Origin: Tubiluchus corallicola
Lineage: Eukaryota; Animalia; Priapulida
Assembly: GCA_030141605.1 (NCBI GenBank)
Contig: JAQGDQ010002367.1
Location: 496,001-560,000 of the forward strand
DNA length: 64,000 bases
Reading direction: 5' to 3'
Position 1 is the stretch's first letter; every line of letters starts with the position of its first letter. The translations under genes were made by a program, and so were the position numbers. The notes beneath the pieces were generated by a model. It saw only the letters and a list, made by a program, of their open reading frames with translations. It ran no database searches and was not told where the DNA came from. Positions 25,619 to 39,700 of the stretch are shown one piece after another.

Positions 25619-28226
25619 GAACGAGTCCGCGAGAGCACCATGCAGGGGGTGGCACATGAGTGGTGACGAATTTATATCATTTTTTCTAACACGAAGGGCG
25701 ACCCCCCAAAACCATGTAACCAAGATATCAAATCGATCGAGCTACTATTGGCAGAGAAATGACCACATCAAGAAATTGACCCCGAAAGAGGCAAAAAATC
25801 GCTATTTGGGGGGGGGGTTACTTTAACTTTTTCTCCTGTATAAACTATTATAGATGGGTCGATGTAAGTTGGCTGGTACATAGACCCAGACATTGTCTTC
25901 TGATATCCTAACTTTTTCTGACATACTATTAATAGTATCAGAGAACGGGATTTTTCAAATTCGGCTCTTTGTTAAGAGTCCCGGGAGAGGTTAAGTTGTA
26001 AGGCTCATAACTCGCCCACTGCGGGGCTACAAAACTTCCGGTTCTCATGTATGTGTTGACCATCATCCTTACTAATAATATACAAAAGAAAATTCGCTGG
26101 AGCCTGTTTGAGTATTTAGTACTGGCACTTTAAAATTTCACAAAAATCAGCAAAATTCGCTTTTTTTGCAGTTTTTCAATTTTTTTTTCTATCAATATGC
26201 TGGATTATAAGTGACAAATCTGTATTCTAAATTTCATGAAAACGCACGAGCTGAGATAATATCATGAATGACATTATATAGAAAGGGGCACTGTTAGAAA
26301 AAATTGCCATATCAACACACTTTTTTACTTTCCATAGTAGTTCCGTCCATGTGTAAAAAGTAGACATACTTGGCTCAGGTCGTATATGACAGTAGACATT
26401 TAGCCACGTTTAACCTGCATTTTCTGTGACTAGTGCTCTCATTTCCTAGTAGCAATAGATTCCTTTGCCATGGAAATTGCTAGAAATTTGCGAATTTCAC
26501 TGTAATGGATTTAGTTATGTCGGAATTTTCATATGACTACAAATATGAATAATTGCCCCTTCTGACGGATTTCAGGACAGGACATCATGCATGCCCCTAG
26601 TACCGAGTCCGACCCTTATTCAGGGCATTCTCTACACACTGAATCGCTAGCGGATACTAGGAAAGACTAAACAATAAGCCCTCTAATAGAGAAGAAGTAC
26701 CGATTGTTAAGATTGAGAGTCATTGCTAGCTAAAGAATCTGACAACACTTGGTATATACATATAAATTAGAAATCCGTTCATTTTTATACATATGTTCAT
26801 TTTTTATACTTTTTATATGAATAAGCTTCATGGCTATACATAGAAGATTATGAATATCAGTACAAAAATGAAAAACTACAAAACTCAGTCAGAATTAATT
26901 TCTCTAAGTCCAAAATACTGTTCCTATTGTAGCAGCATAATCCTATCACTGAAGTAGTACATGTAATAAAAACCATAACATCTAAAAATAATAGAGAAAG
27001 AATTATCGATGCAGGTAGATTATCACTAGAAGATAGATACAGAAATATAGGCAAATATATCATGGGGAAAGTGATAAAGCGAAAATCTTACAGTCTAAAC
27101 ATGAGACAATATAAGCGCATGGGCCGCTTCTAGGGGGATGGCGGTGATATTTAGCTCAGAAAAGTTTTCTTCGCCCAAAATTTATTTTTGGCACAAAATC
27201 GATACTTCTGACAAAAAATATTAATAGTGCGATTGAATGATTGCGCCAATGGCACAAAAATTTCCGATGTTTCACAGTCAAAAAATCACCGGACAAATGA
27301 TATTTTGGGGGAAGTCTGTCCCATATTGTTTGGGCATTCGCTCAGATTTAGGGCAATTTTCTTTGTGTCCTGGATTGTACACCTATGTAAGACAATGAGT
27401 AATAACTAGGTAATAACCTGTACATAACATTTACAAAGCATAGAAAATAAACAGTACATAAAACTATTTCCAGTCCTTGCAAGAAGCAATTTCCATTTCG
27501 TAGGTATTTCATTTTTTTGAAGATGGAAGCGCTCTAAATGCGGTCCAGTGTCTTTGGTACAGGCTAATAGATTCGCAATATTCGTTTCGTGCGGATAACT
27601 AGTCAGAATACCGCATTTAACGCTGGTAAACAGCCCAGAAAACGAACATTTTAGTTCAGCAGTGGCCGCCATCTTGAATGCTAGAGTCCAGTCCTGTCGG
27701 TAGTTTAACCAATGTGCTGTCCAGGCCCGTAGTTGCCAAAGATGAATATTTATGACGTTTTGAAGTATTTTGACAAGATTTGACAACTCATGTTTATCTA
27801 CACGAAGCTTTTTGATGAAGGTTGTTACCTATATTTTCACCCTGATATATGCCTCTTTCAGAGGTCATTTATAATAGGGTGGAAATTCGCTCCATCGAAA
27901 TTGTCACTACAGCATAGTGGGATGGGATGCTCTATTCACATACATATCGATATTTTTGTTCCCGCCCCCGCAGTGGGTGAGATATAAGACTTTGAAATGA
28001 CTGAGTATTTGCATCTTGTGCGTAATGCGAGCTTAAAGACCCCCAGTAGAGCCGAAAGAGTGGGGTTTGGGACAAAAGTCGAAATGTCATTTTGGAGAAG
28101 ATAACAAGATCCAATACTGTGCAGAGTCAGATCTATTCAAACTCAGTGGTTGCTGCATGGCTAATCCTTCAAATATGAGTAAAAAATATTTTTTCGATTT
28201 TGCATGGTCTTCTCGCGGACGCGTTC
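25619..28226 (-). mobile_element. TTAA-inserting DNA transposon (Sola3- or Kolobok-like), non-autonomous deletion derivative
   Basis: 26-bp TIR GAACGAGTCCGCGAGAGCACCATGCA / TGCATGGTCTTCTCGCGGACGCGTTC; TTAA on both sides (25615-18, 28227-30); empty site at 20444-20447 in the parent gene; minus-strand remnant ORF from ATG 27672 (MAATAELKCSF...WKLLLARTG). Confidence 0.88.
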
Positions 28227-28300
28227 TTAACTTGTATATCACAAGCACGGGCATGTGACAGAAAGATTTTAAACACTCTAACAGTTGTGTTGTTATACAG

Positions 28301-29035
<735 letters not shown>

Positions 29036-30780
29036 TTACTTTATTCAGATCTGGTGATAGAACTATAACTAATCATTATCGCCCCATTTCATATCTTCCA
29101 TTTTTCTCAAAAGTTTGAGTGCTGTGTTTATAATCAAATGCATAATAATTATTATCTAATAAAACATGATATATTAAATAATAAACAATATGGATTTAGG
29201 AAAGGTTCTCCAGTTGAATTACCACTATATATTATGTTTGTAAAATCCATTAAATGAATTGAAAATAACTCGGTCACTGCTGGTATATTTTGTGATCTCT
29301 CTAAAGCCTTTGATGCTTTGGTGCCGTTGACCATGTAAGTTATCTTTCTTTGGCTCTAGGGGGATCTCAAATGACTGGCTAAGTAAATAGCTATCTTGAT
29401 AACCATAAGCAGTGCGTCAGGTGTAACCATTACCTCAAATGAACTCTCCATAAATTGTGGTGTTCCTCAGGGTTCTGTTTTAGGACGTCTTTTATTTTTG
29501 ATTTATATGAACGATATAAATTTTTTTTATCTATCCAAGTATTATTCAGTTTGCTGATGACACCACAATCTTTCAATTTCAATCAGTTCAGCAATACTAA
29601 CATAAATAATAGTTTAACAGAAATTTCAAACTAGTTTAAAGCCATGAAATAATCTCCTAATTTCATATTAACGAAATACATTCTATTTCGTTCCAAAAAA
29701 CTGATTCCTTTACTTTGTACAGGAACGCCATCAATATAAAGACTACTAGTCTTTATATTGATGGACTTCATGTAAAACGTATTCAGTCTGCCAGAATTTT
29801 ATGTGTAGTTCTGCATGAACATCTGGACTTAAACTCTCATATAAAATGATTATACTAAAAATAGCCAGAAATATATTTATTATCTCCCATACTAAATACA
29901 ATTTGTCTAAATCACATATCGTTATCTCGCCACTGTCCGTCTAGGGCAAATTTTTGGCGAGAGGCGAGTATGGCGGCATAACGAGGGGCGAGATAACGAG
30001 GTTAGACTGTACGTACTCTTTATTATTCTTTAGTCTATCGTTATTTAAATTATGCTAGTTCCCTTTCGGGAGCTACACATATGACAAATCTTAACCTTTT
30101 AAGTTGTCTTCAAAGAAAATTTTTTCCTTTATATTTTGGATTAAATAAATTCACTCAAGCATTTAACTCTTTCTTTAAACAATGTAATGTCTTGTCTTTT
30201 GATAACATAGTGTTTCATAATATTCCGATTTTTGTGTATAAAACCAATAGCAAATTATCACCCAAATTCTTCAAAAATCCTATCATACTGAATGGAAAAT
30301 TTCATAATACACGATTTAATCAATACTTTCTTCCATATGTCCATATGAATGTTGCTAAACATTTTACTTCCTTTACTGGGCCATTAATTTTCAACAATCT
30401 ACCTAACCATATAAAATCAGACCATAGTATATTTTATAAATATAAAAAAGCCTCAAATTCTTTATTATGGGCCATAATTCAAACATTTAAAATCTTTACT
30501 GTTTCGTATCACACTCAAAGAAGAACAAGAATGGACTATACTCCATAACAAGAAGAAGTAAAAGTAGTAGAAGCACTATTTGTTGGCGGATGGACATAAT
30601 CTAACTTGACCACATTTTATTCTTACACCTACACTTTTCTTTTTGTTTGCCATATTGGGCCTGACCTTTATAAGTTTTCTTTTTGGACGGCCCCTATAAT
30701 CCATTATTCAACTTTATTATTTACATACTTGTTTTCTTTTAATTTGGTATTTTGCATTTTCACAATATTTATGTATTAAA
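29036..30780 (+). mobile_element. Degenerate 5'-truncated CR1/L2-group LINE, related to the one at 532-1920
   Basis: YRPISYLPFFSKV, DLSKAFD, GVPQGSVLG, FADDT, HNTRFN and GPLIFNNLP motifs with many stops and frameshifts; 3' boundary approximate. Confidence 0.88.
29919..30009. mobile_element. Tiny Tc1/pogo-type MITE nested in the LINE, left end clipped
   Basis: TCGTTATCTCGCC...GGCGAGATAACGA inverted repeat; right end reads GGTTAGACTG followed by TA; GC-rich block interrupting the LINE frame. Confidence 0.6.
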
Positions 30781-31511
30781 TTCAGCTGAGAACAGATGTT
30801 GAAAGCAATTCACTTCTAATACTGGACCTAGAACTTGGAATTTGCTACCCACCAGCTCAAAACTTCTTACCTCGATTCACATGTTTCAAAAAATTGAAGA
30901 AATGTATCTTTAGTAAATACTCACATAATTAAAATAATAAACATGATTGCGTGCATGACAGAATGACTGAAAACATTGTATGTGGGTGCATGAGTATATA
31001 AAATCTTTACTGTTTCGTATCACACTCAAAGAAGAACAAGAATGGACTATACTCCATAACAAGAAGAAGTAAAAGTAGTAGAAGCACTATTTGTTGGCGG
31101 ATGGACATAATCTAACTTGACCACATTTTATTCTTACACCTACACTTTTCTTTTTGTTTGCCATATTGGGCCTGACCTTTATAAGTTTTCTTTTTGGACG
31201 GCCCCTATAATCCATTATTCAACTTTATTATTTACATACTTGTTTTCTTTTAATTTGGTATTTTGCATTTTCACAATATTTATGTATTAAATTCAGCTGA
31301 GAACAGATGTTGAAAGCAATTCACTTCTAATACTGGACCTAGAACTTGGAATTTGCTACCCACCAGCTCAAAACTTCTTACCTCGATTCACATGTTTCAA
31401 AAAATTGAAGAAATGTATCTTTAGTAAATACTCACATAATTAAAATAATAAACATGATTGCGTGCATGACAGAATGACTGAAAACATTGTATGTGGGTGC
31501 ATGAGTATATA
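30488..31511. repeat. Apparently exact 511-bp tandem duplication
   Basis: taaaatctttactgtttcgtatcacac... starts at 30488 and 30999; no differences seen by eye. Confidence 0.93.
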
Positions 31512-32237
31512 CATGTTCTGTATACAATCAACTTGGCATCGTACATAATAAATCTAATCTAACTGCATAAAGCAATAAAAGACCTACATGCAATAATAAA
31601 AGAGGTGAGTTCTAAATTAATACAGGAGAGACACAGAGAAAATTACCACCTATGTGTCTGCAAATATTATACAAATGTGTTGAAAAGTCAAAATTACTGG
31701 AGGGAGCATGTAGTTGAGCTGATTATGACCTATTATCAAAGTTCCCCCAGAATCGATCAATTGTTCTTTGATATCACCAAAGTTACCCTATGTATAAGTC
31801 ATTTTTTCATGCTCAGCATGGCAAGACATGAAATTAAATTAGTGGCCATCTGACACTCTGGCGCTTTAATGTAGTACGTATAGAGGGAATCAGCAATTAT
31901 TTCATTAGTTTCTTGTTTTTTTCAATCATACAAAAAATTTGTACATACATATTTGTATTATTGTAGTTTGTTTGTTTGTTGGCAATGAAATAAACTGAAC
32001 TTGAATTTGAAAAAATGTAACTTGCCATAACTTACAGGTCAACATTTATAAACCTATAATGGACTAAGAATCTCATTTTGAATATTTTAGCAAGTGAACT
32101 GACAAAATATAGTTGCATCGGCTGCAAATCCTAACCGTCAACTGCCACAACATTACAAAAATGTATTGACTGATTTCAACTATGGTTTATTTCTATGTTC
32201 TACCAGGAGCAACACCTCTAACCCCATGCACTTTGCG

Positions 32238-32360
32238 ATTGGCCGTTCCGTGCATGACGTCACCGGAAGTTAAACAGGAAAAGTGGGACGGCCAGTTTTA
32301 TGTTTTAGTAGATTTTACTTAGAGAAGGCTGAGATATTTTCTGTTCTGTATTCTGTAAAG
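32238..32360 (+). promoter_or_regulatory. Candidate housekeeping promoter and non-coding first exon (probably of DCTN2)
   Basis: ATTGG (reverse CCAAT), TGACGTCA (32255-62) abutting CCGGAAGT (32263-70), second GGAA, then donor-like AAAG/GTATTT at 32360/32361. Confidence 0.55.
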
Positions 32361-34289
32361 GTATTTAACAAATTGTTATTTAAAGCAAGAGCCACAATTA
32401 ACAGTATGTAGCACTTGTTACATTAGAAGCACGATTATCATTTCTGCTAAAATTATTTATTGCAGTCATCTTTGTGTTAGTACTAACTGTAGTACTAAGT
32501 TAATATAGTATTACTAGTAGTACAAATATTATTAATAGTTATTACTTTAGTATTGACCAGTCGTATAAAGTATATGAAGTTTGACTTTTGTAGTTCACCC
32601 TCATCTCACGCTTTCTAGCACTGTACTGGTGAATTCACGCATTTTCAGCTTCCACAAATAAATGAGAAAAAACTGGTCTTTCTCCTCTTATTAACATACA
32701 GCATAAGTTTGTTTTTGTTGTGCCTTTAAAGCCTTTAACTTTCTGTAATGCAATAAAAACATATTTAAAATGGCAACTTCTTTAAAAGCTACATAGCAAA
32801 GCAATGTAGTATAATAATTGATGATCGATAGAATGATGATAACTTTTCTGCGTTTAGCCTCTTGCATCATTTGTGAATCGGAAAAATTATCTCTAGTATT
32901 AGTGATTAAAGGACAAAAGGCAAGTTTACAAGTATAGTCATTTTTATGACATTTTTATTACTAAATAGCTTTGACAGTTGCACGAAATTTCATTATAAGT
33001 GGCAGGCATTTGAAGATTGAACTAAGAGGGGGCTATCATCTGGTGTTTATCAATGATGTACATTGTACAACACTGCCCACGATCTGGTGTCAGTGCCATC
33101 CTCATTTTTTTAATTCCTATGTAAGGACTTAAAAGAAAATCAGATGATTGTGTAAACACGAGTTCAGAATAAAGAATGCTGTAAAATATTGAAAACTACA
33201 ATACGTTATTTTAAATCAAAGCTCAAATTAAATAATAATTACCTCAGATACTCAAATTTCGTTAAACTTTCAAAGCTACGTGCGGCTCAGTGAATCTACT
33301 AAGATTGGCAGCGGCGCCTTTTGTCATGTGTGCGTGGCTGACAAATAGAAGGCGATATTGTGAAAACCATGATCATAGCTTCATGACGTCATATGATTTA
33401 AAGCCCATTTTTCGTGACATGTGTTTAAGTAGTACTGTAACACCTATGCAAATGTGCTTGACGCGCAAGGGAAGACGCCTGCCATTGCACAAACTGTGGT
33501 TACTTTCTGATGTAAGCAATATCTGTGTTTGGTTGCCGTTAATTAATTTGCAAGCTAATTATTCAAATATAAGGAACAATTGTTAACTTTTATAGGCAAG
33601 AAAATGTATATTTTGGACAGTAAATTAAAATGAAATTGAGTCTAAACAATCGTCCGTTTTTCCTGTAGGCACCAGATCAGCACCTTTCGCTCCATTTCAC
33701 ACCATTTCCTTAAACTCAAGCACCTTTCCACTTCATCTTAAGCACTGGCGCTGGCAGGCAGGCGCACTAAGGTATGTGCATCCACAGAATTTCTTAAAAA
33801 AAATTTTCGTGGCTAAATAAAATTATTTGTAGTAAACCAAGAAACACATCAGCCCCTTGTTTGTTTGTGCAATCCCCGAACAGCAAGCTGATTTGCATAG
33901 TGAAGTTATGTTTATGTATGTCACTTACATTGTGTCGATTCTCTTATCGATTTCCGTTGGCTAGACAGTTTTTAGCTAACTGTAACTGCACTTCTGCATT
34001 TAAGGGGTGGGCCCAAGGTCTCATTAGTAGTGAAATTACGAGTCACGAGTTCGAGGTGAGATAATAAGTTTTAAGCTAGTGAACTTGGCCGAGGAATTAG
34101 CTTCTACCTCAACCGCAAGATGATCTAAAATGCAGTAAAATGCATGTGTGGCTGAGACGTTCTGCCATTTAGCTGTGTCCGGTAGGAAAAATTAACACGC
34201 AAACTTACTAAATTTTGTATGAACTGTGGGTGGGCTGTAAACTTTACAGTCTCCAGTTTTATATTTGACTATCCACATTTTACTGGATA

Positions 34290-34860
34290 GATAATCTTGA
34301 CACTAGATAAATTAAACTTAGTTAATCCTCAATTACTATATATCTTAAATGGAGTTACTTTGTCAGCTAACAATGTTTATAAAGATTTGCGAATAGCTGT
34401 CTGTTCAAACTTAAATTTTTCTAAATATGTTAAAGACCAAGTTGCCAAAGCTTTCACATGGGTAAACGTGCTTTTTTGCTGTTCGTCCTCGAAGAACAAA
34501 AATGCACTCGTGGCTTGCTTACAAAGGCCACTACTTGAGTATTGTATGCCAGTGTGGTCTTCGCAACATATGCAGGACATCGATACTAAAGAGACAGTTC
34601 AGCGATATTTTACACGTAGATTATTTGTCCATTGTCAACTTCATGTTTTTAACTACTTGGACAGGTTGTGGGTTTTAGAAATACAACTTGAAGTAAGACG
34701 AAATTTTTGATCTTTAGATAGTTTATAAACTATGCTATAAGTTAATAGATTTGTCATTTGTTGCTTTTTTTGTTATGCTCCCACCCAAAATTTACGTGGT
34801 CACAATTACAAATTGTTCAAACATTATTCTAGATTTTGTGTATACAAAGATTTGTTTTGA
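34290..34860 (+). mobile_element. Degenerate CR1-type LINE 3' fragment
   Basis: YKDL.I, RPLLEYC.PVWS, ETVQRYFTRR and RGHNYKLFK motifs. Confidence 0.8.
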
Positions 34861-36192
34861 TTTAATAATTTCGTCATTTTAATCGTTTAATGTAAGCTAT
34901 TTTTTCTTTACTGTATGTAGTGTCTCTCCATTTTAATTTTCTTTTAGGGTTTTTTAGGTTTTTAAGTTTTTTCTCGTGTAATGATTTGATATAACTATGA
35001 TTGTAAATATATTGCCAATTACGTTATATTGTATTATATGGCTGGCATAAGTGCTATATGTCTGCTGCCATTTTCTTTTATAAAAAATGTATTTCATAAA
35101 TGTTCTTAAATGAAAATAAAAAAATAATGGGTCATCCGCATTATGAACTTACTTTTAAGATATGACTACTACAATACAATACAATGAATATTACGTAGGT
35201 AAATGTAGGTAAAATGTATTTATTAAAGCAGAATTTTTCACGTTTGAGAAAGTCTGTGTACCAGAATTTAGATCTCATTTGAGGCCTTCAAAATGTGCTT
35301 AAATGTAGGAAAATGCATTGGTGGCAAAGGCTCTGCCCCGGACCTCGTTGGGAAAACTTACAGTGCTCCCCCAGACCCCATCACTGCTTGTGCATCAATT
35401 TTTTTAAACTCTGACGGGGCACATGATCTGAACCATACTATAAGTACTTCAATTTCCAATCCTCCAGTAGAACGGGCTTTCCAAAATGTTACTGATTGCA
35501 GATCATTAGATACATTTAAGGACCAAATCTCTCTCCATCCTCATGAGGGTAATATTCTTAAACTTGCTGATTATTCATACAGATCCAGAAACTGCCATGC
35601 TAGGTGAGAAGAAAATCTATTAAAATATCTTAAAAACGCATTTTGAATTTACATAATGTTTTATAGAGATTTGGCCAGGGTTCAGGTTATGAATAAAACA
35701 TGAAACATTTGTGCTCACTATTATGGCAGCCATTTTAACGATCCATCTGTTAAATACACTCACATTTTGTTAAAGATAAATAAGTAGAAAAGGGTTTTTG
35801 CAGAAATTTGTTTAAAAAATCTTGTACCAAATCATAAAATGTTGGTGACTTAACATTTCACCTTCGATGCTTGATGACATTTGATTTTTTTTGTGGTTTT
35901 ATATTGTTACGTTCCAGGATTTATATATAATACACCAAAATATACTCTATTTAATTGAGGCTGTCCTGCGACTTGCCACATGTTCATAAAAGTCTACCAA
36001 ATTACACTGTAGTCTCAAGGTATGCTGGTTTGCTTAAGTTGACTGCAACCCACTTTCTGAAGTGACAAAGGTCGAGAGACTGAAAACTTCAAGTTTGAAA
36101 TAAACATCGAGACTATAAAGCAATTATGAGGACTTTTGTGGTAAAGCACCGAAACATCCATACGTGTTGCAACACTGATAATTTGAACTTAA

Positions 36193-36416
36193 ACCGAGTG
36201 GCGTAGCTCAGTGGTAGTATGCTCATTTCCCACCTGAGAGGTCTCGAGTTGAACTTCCGACCGAGTAATACCAAAGACTTAAATAGCGGTACCATTGGTT
36301 CTTTGACTAAGCAGATGGATTTATCGAAGTAAATTGCTGGTAATAATAATCAGGACCACCTTGGAAAGAAGTATTGGGTTACTTAAAGTGTTATCCCTGG
36401 ACTATGTCATAAAAAA
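36193..36416 (+). mobile_element. tRNA-derived SINE (MetaSINE-like core, LINE-like tail)
   Basis: A box TAGCTCAGTGG, anticodon-like CCC loop, decayed B box GTTGAACTTC, then GACCGAGTAATACCAAAGACTTAAATAGCGGTACC core and a tail ending in an A-run. Confidence 0.75.
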
Positions 36417-36719
36417 GTTATTATAACTGTTTATTTTTTTTCGAAACAATGAATATTTAACCTCTAATACTGTTTAAAGATGCATTAAACTTTTAAGAAA
36501 AATTTGACGACTTTTAAGTGCAAATGTTTGCATTTAATAGTTTCATTAGCTTAGATAAGAAATATTTTTTGTCAAACGTACTCCAAAATGGTCAAACTCT
36601 TCATTTTAATAAAAAATGGAGGAATTGTAATTTATGCATTATCATTAAATATTATTTCATTGTTTTATAATGTTTTTACCAATTGTAAAGGACTGCAAAT
36701 CTGCATTTCAAGTTAAACA

Positions 36720-39700
36720 ATGGCTGATCCAAAGTATGCTGGTCTACCTGGAATTGCTGTGGGAGAGCCAGATGTTTATGAGACCAGCGATTTGCCGGAA
36801 GATGATCAACACAAAACTCTTGATGATGTAGAAAGCGAGAGTGTTGACAAAATAAATGTCAGTGTCGGTGGTGCTTTTAAAGACTTTAAAGGAAAGTCAA
36901 TAACTGACAGAGAAGTGGACTTTTCAGACAGCATCACAAAAGGCAGGAGACTGGGCTATTTCACGGATCGTACTGTATATGAGCTTGCAGGAGGCGTAAG
37001 TTAATAATTTTTTGAATATTATATTGTTTACACATAAGTTTATTTCATGATACATGGAAATGACAAGCAGTTTACTATAGTATAGTTAAATTAGCAGCAT
37101 ACATTACATTCTAAATAGTTTTTTAATCATTAGCATACAGTTTCCTGTCAACAATAGGTATATACTGTTAATATTATACATGTATAAAAGTGCTCCTGAG
37201 TTAAAGTAGGTTTTATTTCTTACATACTAACACATATCCAGCTCTGTTAGCCCCATGGCCAATTCTAGTCATTTGCACAATATTTACCATATTAACAAGA
37301 CCTTCTTTTGTGATAATGGCTTGACTTGGGAGGAATGAAAAGCACATATCATAGTTTTATGAAAATGGAATTCTAGTGACTGTGACATGAACATAAGAAC
37401 TCTTTTCATTGACCATATGTCACTGTAGCTGTTTGCCATGTTAGGGGTAATTTGTTTAAAAAAAACTAGACCTCTTTAGTAAAACTGGAATGATTAGAAT
37501 TGTGCTAGTAGAATAATTATTATTTTCTGTCTAAAAAGGGGCAGACAGATAGAACAATATCAAGTTTTCTGCCAATTTCGAGGACCTACCTACCTTGTGT
37601 GATAATGGCATTATCATATGACCTACCACCTACCTACCCCTTGTATTGATATCAGTATCACACCAATGTAGCTTTTTTACATTTTAATCTTACTAAAGAC
37701 AGACAACAACATCACTTGTGTTAATAAATGGGAAACCATTTACCAGTGGATTCTAATTTCATCGGTGGTCGCAGTCCCAATTCACTGAGCCAAGCAAGTG
37801 ATGTCAGATAATGATATCATGACTAAATCACCTGCCTACCATACATTATAATGGCATTAACACATCTCCTGCCACCACCTATACTAAACTTGATATCATT
37901 TTATGTGGATGGCCCCAAAATTTTGGATCTAAATTGGAGCCTTTGGAGCTCATTTGAAATGATTTATGAACAAAAATTACTCAGAACTAGTTTACATTGA
38001 GGCTAGTCTTTAAAGCCATCTCCTTATATTTTTGCTGCAAGAAAGACTTCTTTAGCGATTTTTATTGAGAATTCTTACTTGTATTAGAAGACCACAAAAT
38101 CTTCATGGTATTTTCCTTTATTTGTGCAACATTGTAGAATATACAGTTGAACTACAATAGTGCAAAACATTGACATGATAATTAACTCCCATATAGTGCA
38201 AAACATTGACAAATAACAAATCACAAATAGTTTGCAATTTTTACAAATTTTTCTTCCTAGGCCATTCAAGTGAAATGGTTATGAATATCACACTGTCTAA
38301 TTACCACGAGATTTCAAGATTGAAAGAATTTTTATTTACTTAACATCAGACACTGCTTATTGCATGTAATATGAAAAAATAAATGAATACATGTACTGTA
38401 TTTGCATACACCGTAATCACGAATAATTGTTGCATTTCTTAGAATAATCTTACATGATTTAATCACGCCGCACAGTCCTTTGAAATCATACTGTTTTTGC
38501 TGACCCTCTGAAGCCTTTATTCCTATTTTCCAGTAGCTATCAACATGCTCCTTTGTTTTACAGGAGCATCATGAGAAGGAAACTCCACATCAGAAATATC
38601 AGCGCCTTCAGCATGAGATCAGAGAACTAATAGAAGAAGTGGGAAAAGTTCAAGGTTCCATAAAAGGTGATGCATCTGGTGACAACTCAAATCCAATCCT
38701 CATGGCCAAGCAGGTATTGAAAACACTAATAGCGAAATGCTTTAGTTAGGCATGTTTCAATTATTTTAACTCATTTGCAGGCGTAAGTTGATCTTTACTA
38801 TTATTACAAACTTCTTTTAATTTACACAAATGTATAAAGAGGTGACGTCAAGCAAAGTTAATCAGTATTACGAGCATACTTTGTGCACATACGCAAGTAT
38901 TTCATTTAAGAAATATTATCAGTTAAATAAAGCAAAAAATATATAATGATATGTTATGCAATTGGTAATAAAAATGTAACCGTAATAAAATGGCTACTGG
39001 ACCTAATCATATATTATAAACATACCTTGTAACTGTATGGACCAGGCAATGCAATACTTCATCAAATGGAGGCCAGAAGTGGTGGTTTTGCATAAATATA
39101 TATAGTGCTGACTTTTCTAGGTTGAGTACCTGAGACAGCAGGTGAGTGATGTACACTTGGAAAACATCATTGGAACACAAGCTGTTATTGACAGTTCCGA
39201 CCCACAAGGAGCTCTACAGCGACGTTTGCTTACCCAGATCGAAGCTTTCAATCATTCCGTGTCTTCTAGTGAAAAATCAGCTAAATCAGCACCAGCTTCC
39301 AGTGATCATTTGACATATGAGCTGTGCTACAAACCAGAGCAGGCAAAGTTTAGTCAGATGGCAAAACTAGCTGATGTAGAAGAACGACTGGACAGAGTGT
39401 CAGCAGTTGTTGGCAGTGATCCAGAGAAATTTGCTGGTGTTTGCACGGTATTATTATTTGTACTAATTGCAGGTGTACATTTTGGTGGGAGGTAACGTTC
39501 CAGGGAGAGTAGTTCAAATTTTTCAGTTAAAACTAAACCCTCACTATATAATAAGCTTTTATAACTTCAAATATTACTCTCATTAAGATAATTCAATTTA
39601 TTTTATTATAAACTTACTGTAAAACACGTTTCTTTTGATTTTTATCACTTTGCTGCTAAATTTGAAGAGCTGCCATTTCTCGTTGCGCGACTGTACATAT

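Noticed and set aside
35293-35607. 104-aa ORF containing YSAPPDP
   Set aside because: Looks like a common non-coding repeat motif joined to a LINE-end scrap; no splice or domain support.
36193-36265. Functional tRNA-Gly(CCC)
   Set aside because: B box and acceptor stem are decayed and the sequence continues into a SINE body.
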